From: a virus
Taxonomy: Duplodnaviria > Caudoviricetes
Virus record (IMG/VR): IMGVR_UViG_3300030372_001990
Coordinates: 1 to 25,904 of that record
Reading direction: 5' to 3' (one strand)
DNA length: 25,904 nucleotides
The notes beneath the pieces are model-generated. The model made no database searches and had not been told where the DNA came from. It saw only the letters and a list, made by a program, of their open reading frames with translations. Positions 7,511 to 16,768 of the stretch are shown here, in pieces (the stretch's first letter is position 1; every line of letters begins with the position of its first letter). A program made the translations under genes and the position numbers.

Positions 7511-8984
7511 CATCAACCTCCTTTATGTCAAATGCTGAATCTTGTTGCTGGTATGCAGGCACACCCCACACTCTCACTGTTCTACCTTTAAGATTAAACT
7601 TATCACTTTTACCGTTAAGCCTGCGTAGTGCTTGTACTAACTGACCTGTATTATAGTGTGTAAATTTATTTCTAGTTAAATAGTCTAAAAGATCTTTTAA
7701 TCTAAACCATGTGATACCATCTTCGGTCCATGGTTTACGTAATAGTAATTCATCTCTGTTCTGTGCCTGGGCACGATCAGTACAAAACTCCTGGAGGAAA
7801 GCTTCAAACTGACCGGCCACAGACCCGTCATCAGAAACAGGTATCTTTATAAGGTTAGTAAATAACCTTTCAATTGATTCCTGCCATACTGACTGTTTTA
7901 CAAGAGGAGGCATAGTATTCAAAGTATTCATACATTTCTTTTGAAACTTTGTTTGTATCTGCAACTCATCTGTTTGTAATTCCATACGTGCATCGCCTAC
8001 GTTTAAGATCCATACGGGTGGATCTGTTTCTAACTTAGTTAATGCGCTAAACTCTAATGATGCACTACCACCCACACCATGCTTACGCGTTCTACATACT
8101 TGTGCGTTACAGTAAGAACTAATTGGTGGTTCTTTACATCTATAATTATATTCTTTTTTCTCTAGTTGATTTTGTACAATGACTACCTCTGATGCAGCTA
8201 ACGGTGGGTTCATGTACTGTTGATTATGTTTTTCTAATAATGTTTTCCAATTGTCTGCATCTAACTTACGTAAAAATACACCAATATTAAATAAACCATT
8301 ATTACGTGTTCCTTCTGGAAATCCTTGTGTACATAATTGTTGAAGACATGGAGGACCATCGGGTATGACTTCATCAGATACCTTAATTGCAACTTTGTCT
8401 ATATTCTCTAACGAATATTTATTGTATAAGTCTATGAACTCTAGCAATGACGCTGCTGTTCCATCATCCTTGTAGGCATACCTAGTTGAATTTTTGGCAT
8501 TATAATATGGAAGATTTAAAAAATTTCCTAAATCTCCTTTCTCAATTAATATTGTGGATTGTTTCGGAAATACTTCAACGTCAGCGTATCCTAACGCTGA
8601 TGCAGCCTCTCGTAGCTTCGCTCTTATCAATTTTGCGGCGATTGGTTTTTTAAGAAATAAAAAAATATGTAAACCACCACTCTTGGAACGACAAGGCACC
8701 AAAGGTAATTGTAATGTTCGAATACTATTTATTATTTTTCTGTAATCAATAGGATAAGTATCAATATCAATACAGCCCCAACGGGATGTATTATCAGCCA
8801 TAATAGGAATAATACCCAAGGAAGGCCCTTCACCATCAAGGTGCGCCTGCCATAATTCATCTGTAACAAGTTTTTTAACAATGTAAGATTTTCCTTCTTG
8901 CTTACCGTCAGCACGCTTCCCTTGGGATTGATGCTGACCATAAGCCACGTCTAAACCTTCAAATATAGATTTGAATTCTTCCAC
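7497..8984 (-). CDS. AEP-superfamily primase with PriCT-1-like domain and no helicase domain
   Basis: WGCIDID (motif I), RSKSGGLH (motif II), GNFLNLPY, PPC...EGTRNNGLF (PriCT); GGAGG RBS before GTG. Confidence 0.88.
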   Translation of the reverse strand: MEEFKSIFEGLDVAYGQHQSQGKRADGKQEGKSYIVKKLVTDELWQAHLDGEGPSLGIIPIMADNTSRWGCIDIDTYPIDYRKIINSIRTLQLPLVPCRSKSGGLHIFLFLKKPIAAKLIRAKLREAASALGYADVEVFPKQSTILIEKGDLGNFLNLPYYNAKNSTRYAYKDDGTAASLLEFIDLYNKYSLENIDKVAIKVSDEVIPDGPPCLQQLCTQGFPEGTRNNGLFNIGVFLRKLDADNWKTLLEKHNQQYMNPPLAASEVVIVQNQLEKKEYNYRCKEPPISSYCNAQVCRTRKHGVGGSASLEFSALTKLETDPPVWILNVGDARMELQTDELQIQTKFQKKCMNTLNTMPPLVKQSVWQESIERLFTNLIKIPVSDDGSVAGQFEAFLQEFCTDRAQAQNRDELLLRKPWTEDGITWFRLKDLLDYLTRNKFTHYNTGQLVQALRRLNGKSDKFNLKGRTVRVWGVPAYQQQDSAFDIKEVDGAPF

Positions 8985-9014
8985 TAAACCTCCAGGTTAT
9001 TTAGAAGACGTTCC

Positions 9015-9818
9015 CTAAAAGGGTACGTCTTCGCTTTCTGTTGTGTTAGATTGAGGCGCTACTTTTGCAGGTTCTCCTTCTACGACAGGTTTAGCTTCGA
9101 CATCTCCTCTTGATGCTGCGGTTGAAAATGATTTTGCCTCATTATAGACAGTAGGATCATCCACCATTTTAGATTTCTCAACTTGGTACCCAAACCAACT
9201 ACCACGATCATTTGACTCGCTAACAGTAGATAGCTTGTAAACAATTGCATAGGTTGGTGGAGTAAAACTTCCTGATGGACCCTCAACTTTCTGCGTAAGC
9301 ATTAAGCTATTCCAACGTCTACTCTTTTTTAATTGAGTAGAGGTCATGCTGATAACAGCCTGGGACCAATTCCCATCTTTACCTTGTACCATTACATAAT
9401 GGTAAGCTGTTGTAGCAATGTAGTTTCCATTTGGAAGGACATCTTTATATGTCATTTGGTCACGTTTAGTTTGACCCAAGATGCCACTAGAGGCATCATG
9501 CATTTCCACTAGTCCGCCACCAGTTTCACGTGGTTTCCATTCCACGTATTTTAGTTGATAAAGTACAGGGATAACATTTAATGAATCACTTACTTCTTGT
9601 GAAACAGTATTATAAAACTGTCCCACTTTTGCTCCTTCAACATGTTCCGCTTTTGACGGGTTAAGTTGAGGGCTAGTTGTTTGTAGTATGTTGATGTAAG
9701 GAATCATAACATCTCTTGACATGTCAAGATTGCCAAATCCACTTGCATCTTTTGAGTCACCAGCAAGAACTGCTAGATCTAACTTCGCTGCTTTTGCAAC
9801 TGCTTTAGTCTGTGCCAT
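9015..9818 (-). CDS. Putative single-stranded DNA-binding protein
   Basis: Position in the replication operon; flexible acidic C-terminus ending ESEDVPF, like the bacterial SSB tip DDDIPF; AAGGAG RBS. Confidence 0.65.
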   Translation of the reverse strand: MAQTKAVAKAAKLDLAVLAGDSKDASGFGNLDMSRDVMIPYINILQTTSPQLNPSKAEHVEGAKVGQFYNTVSQEVSDSLNVIPVLYQLKYVEWKPRETGGGLVEMHDASSGILGQTKRDQMTYKDVLPNGNYIATTAYHYVMVQGKDGNWSQAVISMTSTQLKKSRRWNSLMLTQKVEGPSGSFTPPTYAIVYKLSTVSESNDRGSWFGYQVEKSKMVDDPTVYNEAKSFSTAASRGDVEAKPVVEGEPAKVAPQSNTTESEDVPF

Positions 9819-9832
9819 AGGGCTTTTCTCCT

Positions 9833-10381
9833 TTATTCTTTTATTGTTGTTTTTTGTCCGACGAAAGCTCCTAACAAATCCATAGGTAACTCTTTACCTG
9901 CTTCATGTTGCTCTCGTATAAATGCGCGAAGGGTGGAGGGTTCGACCCACTCGCGTTGCGAAGATTGATATCCACCTTTATTCAAAGTATCAATTAATCC
10001 TCTAGCTTTCTCATCTTCATCCCGTCCAAAGCTACAACTGACCTGGTTCTTTATCATGTCCCCAAATCCATTGTTCCTTAACCATGCAAATGCTGCTTCT
10101 TTTTTAGCTTCTTTAATAGATGCACCGTAATAGTTACCAACTTTTAAGTGTCTACCATCTGCAAGTTTTAATTCTGATAATCCAACCTCTGCAAAAAGGT
10201 TAGGTAAAACATTTTCTGATAAATGTTTTTTGTAATCTTTTTTAGTTTTAAGTTTGTCTTCTAAATCTTGTATTTCTTTTTCAGTGTCAGCTACATCATT
10301 AGCTACTGCACCAATTTTACCCATACTGTTATGACCCATACCTTTGGAATCATTTTTCATCTGGTCTAATAAATCATTCAT
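9833..10381 (-). CDS. Conserved phage replication-module protein (coiled coil plus alpha/beta domain)
   Basis: LP.LF.E.G..ELKL.DG, AFAWLR.NG.GD.IK and VEPSTLRAF motifs recalled from phage genes upstream of SSB. Confidence 0.7.
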   Translation of the reverse strand: MNDLLDQMKNDSKGMGHNSMGKIGAVANDVADTEKEIQDLEDKLKTKKDYKKHLSENVLPNLFAEVGLSELKLADGRHLKVGNYYGASIKEAKKEAAFAWLRNNGFGDMIKNQVSCSFGRDEDEKARGLIDTLNKGGYQSSQREWVEPSTLRAFIREQHEAGKELPMDLLGAFVGQKTTIKE

Positions 10382-10688
10382 CTTTACCCCACAAATCTAT
10401 TTCTATATCGTAGTACCGTTTCTCATCACGATCCCACTTCAGTATTTTAAATCTACCTCTATTCATCTCACTAACAACTGCGCCAGCTAAAGCTATAATA
10501 GCAGGATCACCCATTAAAAGCAAGTAGTCATCATCATTAAATGTGGATAACTCTTTTTTTAATTTATGTGTTAATGGTCCAGAAGATAAAACTATTTGTT
10601 TATTATCTGGAAGTAATACTTTTAAATCGCCAAACTTTTCGGCTGAACGAACATTTCTTCCCATTTCTTGTAAAACGTAAACTGTCAT
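10374..10688 (-). CDS. Small alpha/beta hypothetical protein (mini-Rossmann/CARF-like pattern), first gene of the operon
   Basis: 104-aa ORF directly after the promoter; VYVLQ...DYLLLMGDP...LKWDR...Y pattern. Confidence 0.75.
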   Translation of the reverse strand: MTVYVLQEMGRNVRSAEKFGDLKVLLPDNKQIVLSSGPLTHKLKKELSTFNDDDYLLLMGDPAIIALAGAVVSEMNRGRFKILKWDRDEKRYYDIEIDLWGKDE

Positions 10689-10699
10689 AATTTTATTTC

Positions 10700-10728
10700 T
10701 TGCGTTGCATTATAGCATATGATATAAT
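10700..10728 (+). promoter_or_regulatory. Sigma70-type promoter for the SNF2 helicase
   Basis: TTGCGT (10700-10705), 17 nt spacer, TATAAT (10723-10728), with extended -10 TGaTATAAT. Confidence 0.8.
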
Positions 10729-10737
10729 CTGCGTCAA
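10709..10737 (-). promoter_or_regulatory. Sigma70-type promoter for the leftward replication operon
   Basis: TTGACG (10737-10732), 17 nt spacer, TATAAT (10714-10709), with extended -10 TGcTATAAT. Confidence 0.85.
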
Positions 10738-10751
10738 CATTAGAAATAAGA

Positions 10752-12191
10752 ATGTACAAATTTAAAACTGAGCCATATGCGCATCAAAAAGATGCCCTTA
10801 AAAAATGCTGGAATAAAGAAGCATTTGCCATTTTTGCAGAAATGGGTACAGGTAAAACTAAAATTGCATTAGATAATGCATGCATATTATATAACAAAGG
10901 CAAAATAGACCGCTTACTAGTGGTTGCCCCAAAAGGAACGTACATGAACTGGGTTGAACAAGAAATCCCCGTTCACGTTCCAGATTATATAGAGAAAAAA
11001 GTATTGGCTTGGAAACAATCTACCAGCGCACAATACAGACAAGATTTAAAAGACATTAAAGATATTAACGATTTTAGATTTAAAATTATGGTAATGAATG
11101 TAGAAGCTTTTTCTAGTAAAAAAGGTTTAGAATTTGCTAAAATATTTTTGATTGGTAAATCAATGATGATTGTAGACGAAAGCACTACAATTAAAAATCC
11201 ACAAGCCAAAAGAACTAAATCAATTCTACAATTAAGAAATGAAACTAAATACCGTAGAATATTAACTGGTTCACCAGTAACACAATCACCTATGGATTTG
11301 TGGTCACAGATGGATTTTTTAGACCCAGAAATATTAGGGCAGTCTAGTTATTACGCGTTTAGAACCCGGTACGCCGTGGTCATTACAGCAAATGCCGCAG
11401 GTGGAACACACAAGTATCAAAAAATAGTTAAGTTTAAAAACTTAGCACAATTAGGACAGTTAGTATCACCACATTCTTACCGTATTCTTAAAAAAGATTG
11501 TTTAGATCTACCTGATAAAATATTTACCAAACGTCCCGTAGAACTGACAGATGAACAACATAAAGCTTATAGTGAAATGAAATCAAATGCTATGACCATG
11601 CTGCACACTGGAGAAACTCTTACAGCTGTTAATGTATTAACTCAGTTAATTAGATTACATCAAATTACGTGTGGTCACATGAAAACTGATGAAGGTGAAA
11701 CTGTGCAGTTAAAAAATAATCGTCTTAACGAGCTTATGCAAATATTAGGTGAGACTACAGGTAAAGTTATTATTTGGGCAAATTACATACATGATATTAT
11801 GTCTATACAAAAAGCAATTAATGATGAATTTGGTCCTCAGTCAGCATGTACTTATTATGGTGGCACTAAACAAGAAGACAGACAAGCATGTATCAAAAAA
11901 TTTCAAGATCCAGAAAACCCAATTCGTTTTTTTATAGGCAACACACAAACTGGTGGGTATGGAATTACGTTAACAGAAGCGAGTACTGTTATTTATTATT
12001 CTAATAATTATGACTTAGAAAAAAGAATACAATCAGAAGACCGCGCACATAGAATAGGTCAAAAAAATAAAGTATTATATATTGACTTAGTTGCTAAAGG
12101 AACTGTTGACGAAAAAATAATTAAAGCTCTTAGAAATAAAGTTAATATTGCTAGAGAAATAAATGGAGAAGAATTAGCAAGTTGGATTTAA
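10752..12191 (+). CDS. SNF2-family (SF2) helicase/ATPase
   Basis: EMGTGKT, VVAP, VDEST, LTGSP, GGYGITLT, QSEDRAHRIGQ. Confidence 0.95.
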   Translation: MYKFKTEPYAHQKDALKKCWNKEAFAIFAEMGTGKTKIALDNACILYNKGKIDRLLVVAPKGTYMNWVEQEIPVHVPDYIEKKVLAWKQSTSAQYRQDLKDIKDINDFRFKIMVMNVEAFSSKKGLEFAKIFLIGKSMMIVDESTTIKNPQAKRTKSILQLRNETKYRRILTGSPVTQSPMDLWSQMDFLDPEILGQSSYYAFRTRYAVVITANAAGGTHKYQKIVKFKNLAQLGQLVSPHSYRILKKDCLDLPDKIFTKRPVELTDEQHKAYSEMKSNAMTMLHTGETLTAVNVLTQLIRLHQITCGHMKTDEGETVQLKNNRLNELMQILGETTGKVIIWANYIHDIMSIQKAINDEFGPQSACTYYGGTKQEDRQACIKKFQDPENPIRFFIGNTQTGGYGITLTEASTVIYYSNNYDLEKRIQSEDRAHRIGQKNKVLYIDLVAKGTVDEKIIKALRNKVNIAREINGEELASWI

Positions 12192-12856
12192 AGTAAAGAT
12201 TGATTATATAAATCTAATTTTTTCATAAAAGCATCACAAGCCCTAGTAAACTTTTCACCTGTTAATTCAAAACGTTGAAATGTTAAATCTCTTGAACACA
12301 TTAATACTACACCTTGTTCAATTTCTGTATTAAATAAAGCGTTGTGTGCCTGGGCGTATGCAGCTAGTTGCATGAGGTAATCTTGTATCCATTCACGTTT
12401 CTTTGGGCGATTAGTTTGTTTAAAATCTATAATGGTTGGTTTGTCTTTATACATGGCAATCATATCAGCCGTACCAGCATATTTGTTAGGATAATACAAA
12501 TGTACTTCTGAACCATAAACTTCTGTTATATCAGCACCGGCTTCTTCAATTATTTTTTTTGCCATTTTTTCAGCTTGTATTCCTATGTCTGTAAGATCTG
12601 CGTACTTTTCTTCGTTCACTAAACGTTCTATATATAGGTGGAGCGCGGTTCCAATTTTACCAGCATCAGATATAATTTTTTCTGCTTTTTCTTCCCCTAC
12701 TTTAGCCCGCCATTGTTTTAAAAACGATTTGTCTTTTGTTTTATTTAATATGGTTGTAACAGATGGTAAGCTTTGTCCATCAGGTGTAAGATATAAACGA
12801 GAATCACCATCCTGTCGTTTAAGTTCTGCGTAATTATATTTCTGTACTAATTGCAC
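12188..12856 (-). CDS. PD-(D/E)XK exonuclease (lambda-exo/MGME1-like)
   Basis: LPSVTTIL, GTALH, SEVHL, YAGTAD, IIDFKQ, QLAAY; GTG start. Confidence 0.88.
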   Translation of the reverse strand: MQLVQKYNYAELKRQDGDSRLYLTPDGQSLPSVTTILNKTKDKSFLKQWRAKVGEEKAEKIISDAGKIGTALHLYIERLVNEEKYADLTDIGIQAEKMAKKIIEEAGADITEVYGSEVHLYYPNKYAGTADMIAMYKDKPTIIDFKQTNRPKKREWIQDYLMQLAAYAQAHNALFNTEIEQGVVLMCSRDLTFQRFELTGEKFTRACDAFMKKLDLYNQSLL

Positions 12857-12890
12857 GTGGTATTATACCACAAATTGTACTAAATTTCTA
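12857..12890 (-). promoter_or_regulatory. Extended -10 promoter within a palindrome, probably giving a leaderless exonuclease mRNA
   Basis: TAGAAA, 17 nt spacer, TATAAT (12867-12862) with TG extension; GTG start 5 nt downstream; no SD; palindrome GTGGTA-tta-TACCAC at 12857-12871. Confidence 0.6.
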
Positions 12891-13386
12891 ATGCTAATTT
12901 GGTAGTTTCTTCTACCCTTTTTGTCCAACCTTTTCCAAAGGTATCAAAAGTAGATAATTCTTCGTAGTATTTTTGTCTTCCATTTTGATAATGACCAATA
13001 GCATGTGCAACATTAAATTTGTTAACATACTCTTCTACTTTTGCAAGGGTCATAGGTCCAATGCCACCATCTGCTTTAGTTCCTACTAATGTCTGAAGAT
13101 ATTTTGCTGCTCTTCCGGGTCCTGCATTCACACCAAAATCAAAAACACATAGATCTAAACCTGATGGTAAATCATCACATTTCATTTTATCCCAATAACC
13201 TTTTTTGTAAATAGGTGCTACGTCTTCCACTGTTAAATCTTTCATGTCTTTTGTGCCACCATGTTCTTCATAAACTCTTTTAGTTACACCAAGATTTGTT
13301 TCTCCACCTGGGTCCTTGGGGTGATTAACATATCCACCTTCATGATGTAAAATTGTTTTTAAGCATTGTTCGTAATTATGTTTCAT
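12880..13386 (-). CDS. Endolysin, glycoside hydrolase family 108 with PG-binding-3 domain
   Basis: HEGGYVNHPKDPGGETNLGVT, FDFGVNAG, ADGGIGPMT, FGKGWTKR. Confidence 0.95.
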   Translation of the reverse strand: MKHNYEQCLKTILHHEGGYVNHPKDPGGETNLGVTKRVYEEHGGTKDMKDLTVEDVAPIYKKGYWDKMKCDDLPSGLDLCVFDFGVNAGPGRAAKYLQTLVGTKADGGIGPMTLAKVEEYVNKFNVAHAIGHYQNGRQKYYEELSTFDTFGKGWTKRVEETTKLALEI

Positions 13387-13589
13387 TATCTATCCAATTT
13401 TTTATTTATATTTTTTACTTCGTTTTCTATGACCGCTATTCTAGCTTCCATTTTTGTAAATAAAATTAAAGCTTCTTCTATACGATCTATGTCTCGTTCC
13501 ATAGCATTAATACGTTGTGATGTCATTCCCCATGTAGCTCCAAGTGCTATAAAAATTCCTATAATCCACACTGCATCTCTAATACTCAT
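13386..13589 (-). CDS. Holin-like single-TM plus coiled-coil protein
   Basis: TM segment AVWIIGIFIALGATWG then heptad coil; coupled to the endolysin (TAATG); AAGGAG RBS. Confidence 0.55.
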   Translation of the reverse strand: MSIRDAVWIIGIFIALGATWGMTSQRINAMERDIDRIEEALILFTKMEARIAVIENEVKNINKKLDR

Positions 13590-13590
13590 T

Positions 13591-16500
13591 TTATCTCCTT
13601 AAGGTCATCAACCCACCTTGTGCAGCTTGACCGTATTGTGCAGCTAATGCACTATCTGTATCTCCTGTGTATAACGCCTGTGCAGCGCCTGGATTTAATG
13701 TTTCACTTGAATCAAGTGATGATCCTAAAACTGGTGATGAAGATTGTATAGGAGCCGTTGAAGCAACTTCAGTTTCTTCAACTACCTCAGTGTCTGGCTG
13801 TGGAACAACAGGTTGCATGTTATTACTTTGATTTTGCATTGTTGATGGAATTAAATTATTAATTTTGTTACCAATATTCTCTTGCACTCCTTCTATAAAA
13901 CTTCTTCTTTTAGACGGTCGTAGTGCTTCCCTTTCTAATGCTTCAAGTTCTTGATCTATTTGTTCTATCTCAGGTTTAAATAAATTAAACATTCTTATTA
14001 TTGCTGCGTTACGTGCACGTTCAGGTAATTTATAATCAATTGCATTTTTAAATACACGCATGTTAAGTGGATTAGTTAATACTTTACCACCAGCTCTCAT
14101 TAATAAAGTTCCCATAAGTAAAGGAATAAAACCTGGAAGTCCGCCAAGGATTCCTGTACCGGCTGATGCCGCAGCTGCGGTTCCTCCGTGTGCTACTGGT
14201 TCAATATTACCAAGTGGCATAAAAGATCTAATTGCACCACGTAAACCAGAAATTTGTGCACGTCTTGCGATGAATGTGCTAATGTCTGGCACACCATATT
14301 TAAATACATCTTCTACCATAGCTACCCATGTTTCTAAATCACTAACTGTAGGTAATCTAGCTACATTACTTTCAGCACCTTCCATTATTGCACCAGGAAT
14401 TACTCCGCCTGGTCTTATAGTAGCAAAATTATCTGGATCAAATTTACCAAAGTCTGTTGCTGTTGGTGCTCTGCCTCCGCCTGTAGTAGGTGATGCACCA
14501 GGAAACATTTCTTTTAATGATGCATATTTGTTACCAGCTTTATTATCTAAACCCAAAATAGCTTTAAATTTAGTAAAGTTAATTTGATCTATTCCTTCTT
14601 TTGTTCCTTTTTCTACTGATGCTTCAAAAGCATCTTGTAAAAATCTTCTCGTTGTTTGGTTAAAAACATCTGGTCCAACTATATTTTTAAAAGCTCTGAT
14701 AGTAGATGGGTTGTTAGCATCAAACGCAGTAGCAAATAAATCATCTGCTGCTCTGTGTCCTTGTTCCGCTAATCTTAATGTAAATCCAAACTTACTTACT
14801 CCTTCAAATTTTTTAGCTGCTGCGCTATCAAATAATAACATACCATTTGTTGCATAGTTATCAAAATCATCTAATAATCTTCTAGCTTCACTATTACTAA
14901 CAGTTCCTAAAGATGCTTCTGTAGATTGTTTTAATTTAGTTAAAGCATTCATAACATCAGGATTGTCTTTGTATTTCCTTGCATAAAACTCAATGTCTTT
15001 AAACATTTTTTCTAATTCAACTATAGAAAATTTACTACGATTTCCAACTGTCCCTTGTAATGTTTCATTAACCCAATTATAAAATTGTTTTTCGCCTTCA
15101 GGAAATTTAGTTAAATTACTTAAACCAAATTCCGGTGATCTAACATCGTAACCATCAAGAATTCTACCTTCTGAATCGAACATTTTTCTAGTCTTAGGCA
15201 CATCATCTAATAATTCTTCCATGGTATTACGAATAGGAGAAGCATCAATAGTATATCCTGTTTCTTTAGCGTGTCTTCTAAATCTATTTAATTTTCTTTT
15301 TAAATTAGCAAGGTAACGAGCTGCTGTTTTATTTTTTGCCATTAATATATTACTAGACATTAATGCATGCGTTGAAATTGTAGGTGCATAAGCGGCAAAC
15401 ATATTGTGCCATAAGTTAACTAACATTTCACCTTGTTCTTCTAAGTTTATTTTAATACCACCACCAATGTATGGAAATCTACCACCTGTTTGAATTGTGG
15501 TACCAAAAATAGGGTTACCAGCAGTAGCGATGGAATAAGGTGTACCTTGTATTGGCATTTCACCTGCTCCTCTTTCAATATTACCCCAGTAAAAAGGAAA
15601 TAAACCTCTTCTTAATTCTTCTATATCATCTAAACCATGTCGACGTCCAAAACCTGTCATGGTAGGGCCACCAGGAAGTATGGATATACCCCCTAATTCT
15701 GAAGGAAACTTTCCTTCTACACCGTATCCACCAGTAGGAAACTTATCAACTAATCTTTGTCCTGCTTCAATTTTTTTTAATGAATCACCTTTTACTCCAG
15801 CAATTTTTCCTCGAGTAAAATTTCTTAAGCCATTGTATGCTGGTCTAAATCCCATGACCATTGTTCCTAATAAAGCATCTGTAGATGCTAAATCAGCTGA
15901 ACGATAAAGTCTTGCACCTAAGCCTGGTCTGTTCATAGAATAAGTTACAGGATCACGACCTTCTTGAATAGCTTTAGCTTTAGAAGCTTCATTATATAAA
16001 TCTAATCCTAGTTCATATCCAAAATAAGCAGATCCTACAGCAAACGCTCCTCCTGCAACACTTGCAAGGAATTTCCAAGCACCTGGTACTGGAGCTCTTG
16101 CTCCAATTTTAGCACCTCTTTTAAATACATTAGCAAATTGCCTAGCGCCAGTATTAGTTGCACCATATAAACTACCAGCAGTTCCTAAAATAGTTTCTGC
16201 TGCAATTTCTATTTCAGGGAAAGGATTTGGTCTATCACTATCTAAATAAAAAGGATCAGGGTCAACATTTGATATGTCAATTGTTCCGGGTAAATTAAAT
16301 TCTTGTGGTGCATACCCAGACATTCTAATCATTCTAATAATTGATTGTTCAGCATAATTAAATACTTCCCTATCATTTGTTTTTTCATATTTTTTAACTG
16401 CTGCTTGAAACATTTCCGCAGCTCGTGCCCTTACCATTTCTTTAGGATTTTCTTTTCTTAAAATCATTTTTTGCTCAAATGATTTATCCTGTTGTTCTTT

Positions 16501-16767
16501 TTTTTGTTGATTATTACGATACCCTTGCATGAAAGGTTGGCCAGGAACAAACTTATCTCCTACTCGTCTAATAACTCTTTGAAATGCATTGCCAATAGGC
16601 TGGGCCCATGGTTCAACAAACGTTTTTCTATCTTCACGTATCTGTTCTTCCATTGCAGTGATAGGTCTGCCTCCTGGATCAATGCTAGCATAAGTTTGAT
16701 CAGGTGCTGGCTTAGGCTTACGATCTTCAAATTTATTTACTTTAGGTATTAAATCAAATACTGCCAT
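13591..16767 (-). CDS. Large internal virion / DNA ejection protein
   Basis: 1058 aa, Cys-free, helical, with Gly/Ala-rich hydrophobic segments; last of the run of core proteins before the lysis genes (podovirus synteny). Confidence 0.7.
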   Translation of the reverse strand: MAVFDLIPKVNKFEDRKPKPAPDQTYASIDPGGRPITAMEEQIREDRKTFVEPWAQPIGNAFQRVIRRVGDKFVPGQPFMQGYRNNQQKKEQQDKSFEQKMILRKENPKEMVRARAAEMFQAAVKKYEKTNDREVFNYAEQSIIRMIRMSGYAPQEFNLPGTIDISNVDPDPFYLDSDRPNPFPEIEIAAETILGTAGSLYGATNTGARQFANVFKRGAKIGARAPVPGAWKFLASVAGGAFAVGSAYFGYELGLDLYNEASKAKAIQEGRDPVTYSMNRPGLGARLYRSADLASTDALLGTMVMGFRPAYNGLRNFTRGKIAGVKGDSLKKIEAGQRLVDKFPTGGYGVEGKFPSELGGISILPGGPTMTGFGRRHGLDDIEELRRGLFPFYWGNIERGAGEMPIQGTPYSIATAGNPIFGTTIQTGGRFPYIGGGIKINLEEQGEMLVNLWHNMFAAYAPTISTHALMSSNILMAKNKTAARYLANLKRKLNRFRRHAKETGYTIDASPIRNTMEELLDDVPKTRKMFDSEGRILDGYDVRSPEFGLSNLTKFPEGEKQFYNWVNETLQGTVGNRSKFSIVELEKMFKDIEFYARKYKDNPDVMNALTKLKQSTEASLGTVSNSEARRLLDDFDNYATNGMLLFDSAAAKKFEGVSKFGFTLRLAEQGHRAADDLFATAFDANNPSTIRAFKNIVGPDVFNQTTRRFLQDAFEASVEKGTKEGIDQINFTKFKAILGLDNKAGNKYASLKEMFPGASPTTGGGRAPTATDFGKFDPDNFATIRPGGVIPGAIMEGAESNVARLPTVSDLETWVAMVEDVFKYGVPDISTFIARRAQISGLRGAIRSFMPLGNIEPVAHGGTAAAASAGTGILGGLPGFIPLLMGTLLMRAGGKVLTNPLNMRVFKNAIDYKLPERARNAAIIRMFNLFKPEIEQIDQELEALEREALRPSKRRSFIEGVQENIGNKINNLIPSTMQNQSNNMQPVVPQPDTEVVEETEVASTAPIQSSSPVLGSSLDSSETLNPGAAQALYTGDTDSALAAQYGQAAQGGLMTLRR

Positions 16768-16768
16768 T

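Noticed and set aside
12188-12856. Cas4 / CRISPR association of the exonuclease
   Set aside because: No four-Cys Fe-S motif and no repeat-spacer array anywhere in the window.
14060-14587. 175-aa + strand ORF, plus other antisense ORFs (e.g. 4495-4854, 15659-15907, 20512-20811, 20883-21095)
   Set aside because: They lie opposite well-supported genes, have no RBS or motifs, and show the Ser/Pro/Leu-rich composition typical of antisense shadows.
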